A stretch of DNA of 36,489 nucleotides from a virus (Duplodnaviria; Heunggongvirae; Uroviricota; Caudoviricetes; Crassvirales), in IMG/VR virus record IMGVR_UViG_3300022894_000002, positions 1 through 36,489 of that record; one strand, given 5' to 3'. The notes beneath the pieces were generated by a model. That model worked only from the letters and a program-made list of their open reading frames with translations. It did no database searches and had not been told where the DNA came from. Below, piece after piece: positions 1-8,900 of this stretch (the stretch's first letter is position 1; each line of letters opens with the position of its first letter). The position numbers were made by a program, and so were the translations under genes.

Positions 1-1602
1 TTTTTATTATTAGGAGGAACAGGTGTAGGTTATTCAGTTCAATTTAAACATATAGATAAACTACCTGAAATTAAAAAATCTACAAAATCTCAAAAATATT
101 TAGTTCAAGATAGTATTATAGGTTGGGCTGATGCAATTAAGCACTTAATGAAAAGTTATTTAGGAGAAAGAAATACTAAACCTAAATTTGATTTTTCTGA
201 TATAAGACCATTAGGTTCAAGATTAAAAACTGCTGGAGGAAAAGCTCCTGGTCCTGAACCATTAAAAAGATGTTTATTTGAAATTGAAAATATTTTAGAA
301 TCTAAAAATAATGGAGATAAATTAACTACATTAGAAGTTCATGATATTATTTGTCATTTAGCTGATAGTGTTCTTGCTGGTGGAATAAGAAGAGCAGCAC
401 TAATTTCATTATTTAGTGCTGATGATGAATTAATGTTAGGATGTAAATTTGGCAATTGGTGGGAATTAAATCCTCAAAGAGGTAGGGCTAATAATTCTGC
501 TGTTTTATTAAGACATAAAATTACTAAAACTTTCTTTATGAATTTATGGAAAAAAATAGAATTAAGTGGTTCTGGTGAACCTGGATTCTATTTTACTAAT
601 AATAGTGATTGGGGAACTAATCCATGTTGTGAAATAGCCCTAAGACCTTTTCAAATGTGTAATCTTTGTGAAGTTAATGTATCTAATATAGAATCACAAG
701 AAGATTTAAATAAAAGAGTATTAATAGCTTCATTCTTTGGAACTCTTCAAGCTTCTTATACTGATTTTCATTATTTAAGACCTATTTGGAAAAAAACTTG
801 TGAAAAAGATGCTTTAATTGGTATTGGTATGACTGGTATAGCTTCTATGGAAGTATTTAAGTATGATTTAGAACAAGCTTCATTATTTGCTAAAATAAAT
901 AATCAAGGTATAGCTCATAAAATTAATATTAATCCAGCAGCTAGAATTACTTGTGTTAAACCTTCAGGAACAACTAGTTGTGTTTTAGGTACTTCAAGTG
1001 GAATACATGCTTGGCATGATAAATTTTATATTAGAAGGATGCAAGTTTCTAAGAATGAAGATATTTATAAATATTTAATTAAAGAACATTCTTATCTACT
1101 TAAAGATCATTTATTAATTCCTAATTCAGCTGTAATTGAAATACCCATTAAAGCTCCTGAAGGATCTGTTTTAAGATATGAATCTGCTATAGATTTATTA
1201 GAAAGAGTTAAGAAAATTTCTGAAAACTGGATTAAACCTGGTCATATTTCTGGAGATAATTCACATAATGTTAGTGCTACTATTAGCATTGATAAAGATA
1301 GAATTTACTATGATTTATCTGAATATGATGAATTAAAGAAATCTTATGGTTGTGGTGAATGGATAAGAGTAGGTGAATGGATGTGGAAGAATAAAGAATT
1401 TTATAATGGATTAAGTTGTTTACCTTTTGATGGAGGAACTTATTCTCAAGCTCCTTTTGAAACTATTACTGAAGAAGAATATAATAAATTAACTAAACAA
1501 ATTAAATCTATTAATTTAAGTGAAATAATTGAAGAAGAAGATTATACTGATTTAAAAGGGGAATTAGCTTGTAGTGGACCTAATGGATGTGAAATAAAAT
1601 AA
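1..1602 (+). CDS. nrdJ: Class II (adenosylcobalamin-dependent, monomeric RTPR-type) ribonucleotide reductase, 5'-truncated by the window edge
   Basis: Frame +1 is open from base 1 (FLLLGGTGVGYSVQFKHIDKLPEI...), so the ATG at 148 is internal. Motifs: GGIRRAALISL, TNPCCEI (thiyl-radical Cys loop), CNLCEVN, TCVKPSGTTS and a C-terminal redox pair CSGPNGCEIK resembling the RTPR CxxxxC tail. Confidence 0.9.
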   Translation, partial: FLLLGGTGVGYSVQFKHIDKLPEIKKSTKSQKYLVQDSIIGWADAIKHLMKSYLGERNTKPKFDFSDIRPLGSRLKTAGGKAPGPEPLKRCLFEIENILESKNNGDKLTTLEVHDIICHLADSVLAGGIRRAALISLFSADDELMLGCKFGNWWELNPQRGRANNSAVLLRHKITKTFFMNLWKKIELSGSGEPGFYFTNNSDWGTNPCCEIALRPFQMCNLCEVNVSNIESQEDLNKRVLIASFFGTLQASYTDFHYLRPIWKKTCEKDALIGIGMTGIASMEVFKYDLEQASLFAKINNQGIAHKININPAARITCVKPSGTTSCVLGTSSGIHAWHDKFYIRRMQVSKNEDIYKYLIKEHSYLLKDHLLIPNSAVIEIPIKAPEGSVLRYESAIDLLERVKKISENWIKPGHISGDNSHNVSATISIDKDRIYYDLSEYDELKKSYGCGEWIRVGEWMWKNKEFYNGLSCLPFDGGTYSQAPFETITEEEYNKLTKQIKSINLSEIIEEEDYTDLKGELACSGPNGCEIK

Positions 1603-1603
1603 T

Positions 1604-1849
1604 ATGAAAAGAATTAAATTAACAAAACTATCAGATGATGCTTTTAATGGTAATCATCCAAATAATATTAATGAAGGATATACTAAAGAAGGTTATATGT
1701 TAATAGAACCAACTATAGGAGAAAATTTTAATCTTTATTATAGTAAAACAGAACCATTTTTTCATACTTCAATAGTTATTAAAGAATTAAATGAAAATAA
1801 TGAATTTAAAACATTATATTCTACTTATAAAATAGAATACTTAGACTAA
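1604..1849 (+). CDS. Hypothetical 81-aa phage protein (predicted small beta-rich domain)
   Basis: ORF starts 1 nt after the RNR stop and is TAATG-coupled to the next gene. No recognisable catalytic motif. Confidence 0.75.
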   Translation: MKRIKLTKLSDDAFNGNHPNNINEGYTKEGYMLIEPTIGENFNLYYSKTEPFFHTSIVIKELNENNEFKTLYSTYKIEYLD

Positions 1850-2190
1850 TGGAAGAAGGAAAGAAATTTGATAATAATAAATTACCTCTTGGAATTGTTA
1901 TAACACAACAATTTCCAAGAGCTTTAAAAGCTATTGCAGAAGTTAGTTTATATGGACACGAAAAATATGAATTAGATAATGATTGGGATAATTTTTCAAG
2001 AGTAGAAAATGCTGAAGAAAGATATTCTAATGCTATGTTTAGACATTATTTTGAAAAAAATTCAAATGATTTAGAGTCATTTAAAAGTCATTTGTCACAT
2101 GCAGCCTGGAATTTATTAGCAGAATTAGAAATTAAATTAAGAAAATTAGAAAATGATAATAATAAACCAGGAACAACAAAAAATAATTGA
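1849..2190 (+). CDS. dATP/dGTP diphosphohydrolase-domain (DUF5664-like) protein
   Basis: Family pattern G.KFDNNKLP...ALKAIAEVSLYGHEKY..DN..RV..AEERYSNAMFRH...D.ES.KSHLSHAAWNLL. Confidence 0.8.
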   Translation: MEEGKKFDNNKLPLGIVITQQFPRALKAIAEVSLYGHEKYELDNDWDNFSRVENAEERYSNAMFRHYFEKNSNDLESFKSHLSHAAWNLLAELEIKLRKLENDNNKPGTTKNN

Positions 2191-2458
2191 TTATTTAGTT
2201 TTATCAAATAATCATAACTATAATATAGTTAAAGCAGCAGAAGAATTTTCTGAATTGTGTACAGTTTTATTACAAAAGAATCTTAAAGATTATAAAGTTC
2301 CAGATCAAGAAGTAATTGATGAAATAGGAGATTGTATTATTAGATTAGAAATACTTAAAAAATTATTTAATCAAAAGAAAATACAAGAAAGAGTAGATTA
2401 TAAGCTAAGTAAATTTGAAGAGTACATTAAAGAAAATAAATATTTAAATCATATATAA
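2153..2458 (+). CDS. MazG-like all-alpha NTP pyrophosphohydrolase
   Basis: Acidic helices KAAEEFSEL and VIDEIGDCIIRLE match the ExxE...ExxD metal-binding pattern of the MazG superfamily. Overlaps the upstream ORF by 38 nt. Confidence 0.7.
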   Translation: MIIINQEQQKIIDYLVLSNNHNYNIVKAAEEFSELCTVLLQKNLKDYKVPDQEVIDEIGDCIIRLEILKKLFNQKKIQERVDYKLSKFEEYIKENKYLNHI

Positions 2459-2460
2459 TA

Positions 2461-2691
2461 ATGTTTACAAAAACAAATATAATAACAACATTAAATAATG
2501 CTACTAATAAAGCATTAGATATTTTTAATAAAACTATGACTGAGTTAAGTAGGATTAATACTTTAGCTCAAGAAAAAATAGATAGTAATCATGAAGAAAT
2601 AGGTAAATTAAATTTAGAAAATGAAGATCTAAATTCTTTATTAACTAAAAATGATAATACAATTAAGAGAATTAAAGGAATTATTGAATAA
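2461..2691 (+). CDS. Hypothetical 76-aa coiled-coil protein
   Basis: Heptad-like helical sequence; TAATG-coupled to the next gene. Confidence 0.7.
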   Translation: MFTKTNIITTLNNATNKALDIFNKTMTELSRINTLAQEKIDSNHEEIGKLNLENEDLNSLLTKNDNTIKRIKGIIE

Positions 2692-3533
2692 TGGAAATTA
2701 TAAAATATCCAGATAATACTTCTTATGTAAAAGTTAAGGAGTTTTTACCTGAAACAACATTTAGATTAAACAGTTATGAAGATTTATGGCATTTAAATCA
2801 ATATGTAGATGCTAGTTATAATTTTTGTAATACAAAATCAACTATTATTATACCTAATTTAATAGATGCTCAATCAGATAGGAGATTTGGTATTGGTGAA
2901 TCAAGTGGTTTAAAATTAGTATGTGATTTTTTAAATCAAATGAATGCTAATTTTAAAATATTTCATCCTCATAATCAAGAAGTAGTTGAAGCTTTAATAA
3001 ATAATTTAGAAATTATTGATAATGAGAAATTTATTAGGGAAGTTTTTTCAGAACTTTTAGAAGATAAAAGATATGATTTTGATTCAGAAGAATTAGAAAA
3101 TCAATTAATTTTAATGTCTTCTGATGCTGGTGGATTTAAACCTTTATCTAAACTTTGTGACAAACTTAGTTGGGAAGGTGAAATGTATTCTGCTTCTAAA
3201 GCTAGAAGTTGGGATGAAAAAAATGGTACTAAATTTATACAACAAATAGATAGAACAGATTTTAAAGGTAAAGACATACTTATAATTGATGATATTTGTG
3301 TATATGGAGGAACTTTTAAAGGTTTATCTAAATTACTTAAAGAAAGAAATTGTGGTAAATTATATTTAGCTGTTAGTCACATGACTGTACAAAATTTAGG
3401 AGAAGATTCTGTAACTAATTATTTTGATAGAGTATTTACAACTAATAGTAAATATGATTTTTATCAATATATAAATTGGAGTTCTGTAATTGAAAAAGAA
3501 ATTAAAAACTTAGAAATTATAAAATTATTTTAA
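2691..3533 (+). CDS. prs: Ribose-phosphate pyrophosphokinase-like protein (candidate Adps, ADPR-PP synthetase of NARP1)
   Basis: AQSDRRF loop, DAGG, PRPP-binding loop LIIDDICVYGGTF and KLYLAVSH. Lies next to a NAMPT-like gene. Confidence 0.85.
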   Translation: MEIIKYPDNTSYVKVKEFLPETTFRLNSYEDLWHLNQYVDASYNFCNTKSTIIIPNLIDAQSDRRFGIGESSGLKLVCDFLNQMNANFKIFHPHNQEVVEALINNLEIIDNEKFIREVFSELLEDKRYDFDSEELENQLILMSSDAGGFKPLSKLCDKLSWEGEMYSASKARSWDEKNGTKFIQQIDRTDFKGKDILIIDDICVYGGTFKGLSKLLKERNCGKLYLAVSHMTVQNLGEDSVTNYFDRVFTTNSKYDFYQYINWSSVIEKEIKNLEIIKLF

Positions 3534-3578
3534 ATGAAAGTATTACCAATATTAAACAGTGATAATTTATTAAAATAA
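3534..3578 (+). pseudogene. Dead remnant of the original 5' end of the NAMPT-like gene (MKVLPILNSDNLLK*)
   Basis: ATG immediately follows the prs stop. The first 10 codons match 4136-4165 (MRVLPILNAD) at 8/10 aa and 23/30 nt, then the frame diverges and stops at 3576-3578. Confidence 0.85.
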
Positions 3579-3579
3579 A

Positions 3580-3611
3580 TTTGTTTTATTGGATACATTT
3601 TATTATATTTG
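3580..3611 (+). promoter_or_regulatory. Bacteroidota sigma-A-type promoter (-33 TTTG / -7 TAnnTTTG)
   Basis: TTTG at 3580-3583, 20-nt spacer, TATATTTG at 3604-3611: exact consensus and spacing, 18 nt upstream of ATG 3630. Confidence 0.75.
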
Positions 3612-3629
3612 TATAAAATATATAAATGT

Positions 3630-4133
3630 ATGGAAGAAATTAAAACAAGAAAATGTTGTAAATGCTTAGAAATTAAGCTTTTAACTAAAGATTATTTTAC
3701 AGTTGATAAATGTGATAAAACAGGATTTACTTATTCATGTAAAATATGTAGAAGAATTAAACAAAAAGAGTGGAAATTAAATAATCCTGAAAAAATTAAA
3801 GCTTTAAATGATAAAAACGCTGCTAAAAGAAAGCTTTTCTATGATTCTCCAGAAGGTAAAATAAGCTCAAGAAGAGCACATTTAAAAAGAATGTATAACA
3901 TTACATTAGAAGAATATACTTTAAAATTAAAAGAACAAAATAATAAATGTAAAATTTGTTGTAGTGAAAATAGTTTTGATAGATATGGTGTATTAGCAGT
4001 GGACCATTGTCATACTACAGGAAACATTAGAGGATTACTTTGCTATAAATGCAATGTAGGATTAGGAAATTTTAATGATAATCAAGAATTATTAAAAAAA
4101 GCAATAAATTATTTAGAACAATATAAAAAATAA
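3630..4133 (+). CDS. Endonuclease VII-family (HNH-fold) homing endonuclease with N-terminal Cys4 Zn-finger
   Basis: CCKC...CKIC at the N-terminus; YNITLEEY...QNNKCKIC...LAVDHCHTTGNIRGLLCYKCNVGLG...LLKKAINYL. Start moved from TTG 3609, which lies inside the promoter -7 box, to the in-frame ATG 3630. Confidence 0.88.
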   Translation: MEEIKTRKCCKCLEIKLLTKDYFTVDKCDKTGFTYSCKICRRIKQKEWKLNNPEKIKALNDKNAAKRKLFYDSPEGKISSRRAHLKRMYNITLEEYTLKLKEQNNKCKICCSENSFDRYGVLAVDHCHTTGNIRGLLCYKCNVGLGNFNDNQELLKKAINYLEQYKK

Positions 4134-4135
4134 AT

Positions 4136-5638
4136 ATGAGAGTATTACCTATTTTAAATGCAGATAGTTACAAAATGCACCATTTTCAAATGTACCCAGA
4201 AGGTATGACTAAATTATATTCTAATATGACTCCTAGAAGTTATAACAGATTAGGATGTACTAAAAGTGTATGGTTTGGATTACAATATTACATTAAAGAA
4301 TATCTAATTAATCAATGGAATGAGTTATTCTTTAATAAACCTTTAGAAGATGTATTAAAAGAATATAAAAGATTTCATAAGTATTTTAGTTTTACTGATA
4401 TACCAACTGAACATATTGAAAAATTACATAAATTAGGTTATTTACCTTTAGAAATTAAAGCTTTAGAGGAAGGTAGTTTAGTTTTAGCAAGAATACCTTA
4501 TTATACAATAACTAATACTCATTCAGATCATGCTTGGTTAGTTAATTTTTTAGAAACTCAAATGAGTACAGTTATTTGGGATTTGACAACTAATGCTACT
4601 ATTAGTAGAATGTATAGAGAGTTACTTAATAAATATGCTTTAGAAACTACTGAAAGTACTGATGGAGTTCAATGGCAAGGACATGATTTTAGTCAAAGAG
4701 GAAGAAGTTCTGTTGAAAGTACTTTTAATCAAGCAGGTCATTTATTAAGTTTTACAGGTTCAGATACTATTCCAGCAGTATTAATGTTAGAAGAATATTA
4801 TGGAGGTAATATGGAAACTGAATTAATAGCTTCTAGTGTACCAGCAACTGAACATTCAGTTATGACTAGTTATGGTAAAGAAGATGAATTAGGTGCTTTT
4901 AAAAGATTATTACAACAATTTCCTACAGGAATATTATCAATAGTTAGTGATAGTTTTGATTTATGGAAAGTATGTACAGAGTATTTACCAACTTTAAAAG
5001 AACAAATATTAGCTAGAAATGGTAAATTAGTAATTAGACCTGATTCTGGAGATCCTGTAGATATTATTTGTGGAGATACTTTTAATATATATGGAGAATA
5101 TTTATCTCATGTAGATAAAGTTAATCCTTCATGTAAAGGAGTAATTGAACTTCTTTGGGATACATTTGGTGGAACTGTAAATAACCAAGGCTATAAAGTA
5201 TTAGATCCTCATATTGGAGCTATATATGGAGATTCTATAACTTTAGAAAGAGCTAAACAAATATGTGAAAAACTTAAAGCTAAAGGATTTGCTTCTACTA
5301 ATATTGTATTGGGGATAGGTTCTTATACTTTTAATTGTAATACTAGAGATTCATTAGGTATAGCAGTTAAATCTACTTATTGTGAAATTACTTCCCCAGT
5401 AACATCTACACAAGTAGAATCAAGAGAGATATTTAAAGATCCTATTACTGATGATGGTACTAAAAAGTCTGCTAAAGGTTTATTATGTGTAACTTTAGAT
5501 GATAATTTAGAAATGTGTTTGTTAGATCAAGTTAATTGGGAAACTGAGAAAAAAGGTTTATTACAAACAGTATTTTTAAATGGAAAATTAATTAAAGAAA
5601 CTAATTTACAAGAGATTAGAAATAGATTAAATAGTTAA
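4136..5638 (+). CDS. nadV: Nicotinamide phosphoribosyltransferase-like protein (candidate Namat of NARP1)
   Basis: NAMPT motifs in order: DSYK, HDFSQRG, GSDT, ATEHS, SIVSDSFD, IRPDSGDP, IYGDSIT, RDSLG.AVKST, KKSAKGLL. Confidence 0.92.
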   Translation: MRVLPILNADSYKMHHFQMYPEGMTKLYSNMTPRSYNRLGCTKSVWFGLQYYIKEYLINQWNELFFNKPLEDVLKEYKRFHKYFSFTDIPTEHIEKLHKLGYLPLEIKALEEGSLVLARIPYYTITNTHSDHAWLVNFLETQMSTVIWDLTTNATISRMYRELLNKYALETTESTDGVQWQGHDFSQRGRSSVESTFNQAGHLLSFTGSDTIPAVLMLEEYYGGNMETELIASSVPATEHSVMTSYGKEDELGAFKRLLQQFPTGILSIVSDSFDLWKVCTEYLPTLKEQILARNGKLVIRPDSGDPVDIICGDTFNIYGEYLSHVDKVNPSCKGVIELLWDTFGGTVNNQGYKVLDPHIGAIYGDSITLERAKQICEKLKAKGFASTNIVLGIGSYTFNCNTRDSLGIAVKSTYCEITSPVTSTQVESREIFKDPITDDGTKKSAKGLLCVTLDDNLEMCLLDQVNWETEKKGLLQTVFLNGKLIKETNLQEIRNRLNS

Positions 5639-5639
5639 T

Positions 5640-5915
5640 ATGAAAGCAACTAAAAAACCAATAACAATAGATTATTTTCCAATAGAAGATTATAATAATG
5701 AAGAATTACATAATTGGGTACAATCATTTGGTGATAAATTTGAAGACAAATTCTTTGAATTTGAAGCTGAAGGATTTATTCATTTGGAAGTAAATACATT
5801 AGAAGGTAGTTCTTATGAAATTACTACTGATGATGTTATAATTAGAGGTATTAAAGGTGAATATTATCCATGTAAAAAAGATGTATTTGAATTAACTTAT
5901 GATAAAATAGATTAA
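5640..5915 (+). CDS. Conserved small phage protein of unknown function (KKP...TLEG...IIRGIKGEYYPCKKDVFELTY family)
   Basis: The C-terminal motif matches a widespread phage family (TLEG...IIKGVKGEFYPCKPDIF..TY). Last gene of the + operon. Confidence 0.75.
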   Translation: MKATKKPITIDYFPIEDYNNEELHNWVQSFGDKFEDKFFEFEAEGFIHLEVNTLEGSSYEITTDDVIIRGIKGEYYPCKKDVFELTYDKID

Positions 5916-5954
5916 AAATTTTATATGATTAGTTTGTGCTTGCATATAAAAATT

Positions 5955-5986
5955 AAACCCTGAATTTTTTAAGTTCAGGGTTTTTT
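5955..5986. terminator. Bidirectional intrinsic terminator between convergent gene blocks
   Basis: AAACCCTGAA (5955-5964) pairs with TTCAGGGTTT (5974-5983). A T-run follows on + (5981-5986) and a T-rich tract follows on -. Confidence 0.85.
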
Positions 5987-5987
5987 A

Positions 5988-8900
5988 TTAGTTTCTTTGT
6001 TCTTCTAAACTAACATCTTTTCTTCCAATTTTATATAATTCAAAAGCTGGTTTAGCTAATGGAGTTATATCAGCAAATTCTTTAAGAATTCTATTATGTC
6101 CTTTAGAAGATCCTTTTTTAATTGTATAATCTCCTGTATATAAAACTTTAGGAATTATATAAGTAGCTTGAATAATATCTCCAATTGTTTTAGATAAAGG
6201 AATTGCATTTTTACCTAATTGATTGATTTGTTCTGGGCTATAAAAGAAAGTTAAATCCCCTGATGCTCTATCTAATAAAGTTAAAGCTAATTTAATCTGA
6301 GGTAATCTTCTTCTTAATTTATCTTTATCATCATCTCCTCCATGTAAAAAAGCATATAACATAGTTAATGTTCCTATTGATATTAATTCAATAGCCATTT
6401 TTCTCATGTTATAAACTTCAGATTCAGTTAATTTACCTTCTTTTAATAATTTTTTAGCATTAATTAAAGGTAATAATAAATTTTCAAAAGCTTGTTTAGG
6501 ATTTTTCCAATTCTTTAATACTAACCGGTTAAATGTTTTATAAGATCCCTCTATATCAGCTTGAAGTCTATTATCATACTGTTTAGTATTAAATCTTGCT
6601 TCATAAGCAGCTGGAACCCATTTTCTAAATTGTGATATTAATCTAAATAAAACATTTTGTTGAAGTGTTGCAGCTTCTTTAACTGAATATCTACCATGAA
6701 TTTTTTGATTTAATCTTTGAACTTTATCAGATAATTGTTGTTTTTCCTTTTTATCAGCATTTTTATATTTATCAGTTAATTCTCCATTAGAAGTTAAATA
6801 ACTTTCTTTAATCATTACAGCTAATAGAGTTCTTGATTGTAAGAATTTTTCACCAGATGTTTGCATAGAATACATTATCTCTTGAATTCTATCAGTAGTT
6901 AATTTTTTAGTACCAATTTCTTCAATGTCTGATTTAAGTGAATAATCCATTAATTCTTGTAAAGGATTTAATTCCTCTAATAATTTATTCATTACAGAAT
7001 CTCTATCAAAATTTTGTTTAAAAAATATTTTAGAAGCCTGATGTAATTGTTTAGTATTAAAAAATTGTCCACCAATTGCTTCAATAGTATTTGAAATATC
7101 TCCAAATATCCAGTTAGTTAAAGACGTTATTGGACTTAATGAAATTCTTAAAAGTGAATTATATTTAAGTAACAAATCAATAGCTTTAGTACCATCAACT
7201 ACAGTTTGAACTGTATTACCATTTTCATCAGTAGTTTCACTTTTAACATATTGAAATTGTTCTAACTTCATATTACCCTTAACTTGCATATCTATAACTT
7301 TATCAATCATATTATACAAATTAGTTTTTCTTCCAGGAATAGTTAATTTAGGATTATTAGATGTCTTAAATTGCCTTTCAATATAATTACCATTAACAAT
7401 CTTATAAGTTAAGCTTTCTTGTAATAATCTTAATTTAGGTAATATATCAGACATTTCTTTCTGATTGTAAGCAAATTTACTAAACTCAAATAAACTAGTT
7501 CCTAAATCAGAAGATTTTTCAGAAGCTGGAATATTTTTATGATATTCTAATGGTACTACATCAGATAAATTCTCTTCTTCAAAACCTTCTTTAATAATTC
7601 TTTCTTTAATTATAGATAAAGATTTAATTTTAGATTTTAAATCAGTTTTTCTTATATTTGGAATAAATGATTTACCTAAGTCTATTGGAAGATCTTTTTG
7701 AGCTTCTTCCATCTTAGATACATAAAAATCATAAAATTGTTTTAATTCTGGTGTACTTTGAATTTTATTCCAATTAGGATTTTCTTTACCATCATCAAAA
7801 TAAGGTTGAACTAATTTTAAAGTATTATCACTTTCTTGAACAAATAATTTATAAGTATTTTCTAAACTAGCCCCATTTTTTTTAGCATAATCATTTAATA
7901 ATTTAACCTTTCTTTCAATTTCATTTTTAGTTCTTTTAGTAAAAGTTTCTACTTTATTTTGAACACTTTTAATTAATGAACCAATTGTTCTACCAATATA
8001 ATTAGCTAAATCTGATAAAGATCCTGTTCCTTCTATCCTTTTAGATATATCAGTATCTTGATTTTCTATATCTTCTAAAGTAGGTTTAACTTTCTCAGTA
8101 GCAAACTCTTGAACTTCTTCTACTTTTAATTCATCAATAAAAGGTTTTAATCTATTTAATAAATCAGCACTATCATCTCTTAATTTATCAAAGTTACTAA
8201 AAGTATTAATAACATCTATTGAATGTTCTATATTTTTAGCAGTATCTTTAGCTGAACCTTCTTCTAATTCAATTATAAATTCTTCTACTTTAGATAAAGT
8301 TTCTTCACCTAATTCTCTAAACAAATCTCTATTTTGTAAAGTTTTAGCAGTATTAAATTTTTCTTTTAATTCATCTAATTCTTTTTCTAATTCTTCATAT
8401 TTGTTAGTACCTTCTTGTAATTTATTTAAGTTATTAGTTAATCTTTTAATTCTATTAGAGAAGTATATTTCTTGTTTAGTAAAAGCTGATTCTTGTTTTT
8501 CTTCATTTTTATTAGATTTTTTAAATTGAATTTCTTCTAAATTTTTTAATTGATTATTATATTTAGTATTAATTTCATTTATTTTATTAAGTTCTTTTTG
8601 AGTTAATATATAAATTTGTTCTGGTTCAAATACTAAATATTCTATTTGACCATCTATATAAGGTAATTCTACACCATCACCGAGTAATCCCTCTTTTTCT
8701 AAACCTTCTATAATACTTCTATAAACATATTCTTTATGATGTCTTTCTGGAGTATCTTGTTGAATATCTATTTCAGTTAATTCTTGTATATTTAAAATTA
8801 CAGGATGTAAATTTTTACCATATAAATTAGCAATTCTCTTAGATGGTGTAAATGAAAATCCTAATTGTGAAATAGGAGCATTAAAATTTGAAGCTCTTTT

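Larger units (their letters stand above)
3564..4165 (+). mobile_element. Free-standing homing-endonuclease cassette (promoter + Endo VII-type ORF + replacement 5' end of target gene); boundaries approximate
   Basis: 602-nt offset between the two copies of the NAMPT-like gene start (3534 and 4136). The interval holds only a promoter and a nuclease ORF. Confidence 0.75.

Noticed and set aside
1849-2458. Claim of a 2-aminoadenine (Z) genome
   Set aside because: No PurZ or DatZ is visible in the window, and the diphosphohydrolase domain alone is not diagnostic.
3609-3629. TTG start for the endonuclease given by the ORF track
   Set aside because: The TTG is part of the promoter -7 box (TATATTTG). 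The in-frame ATG at 3630 lies downstream of the predicted TSS.
3564-4135. Group I intron or intein interpretation of the nuclease insertion
   Set aside because: Only about 65 nt before and 2 nt after the ORF, too little for a ribozyme core. The downstream gene has its own complete start, and there are stop codons and no intein Cys/His-Asn ends.
5929-5936. TTAGTTTG as a third Bacteroidota -7 promoter box
   Set aside because: Does not fit TAnnTTTG spacing, has no -33 partner and points straight into the terminator.
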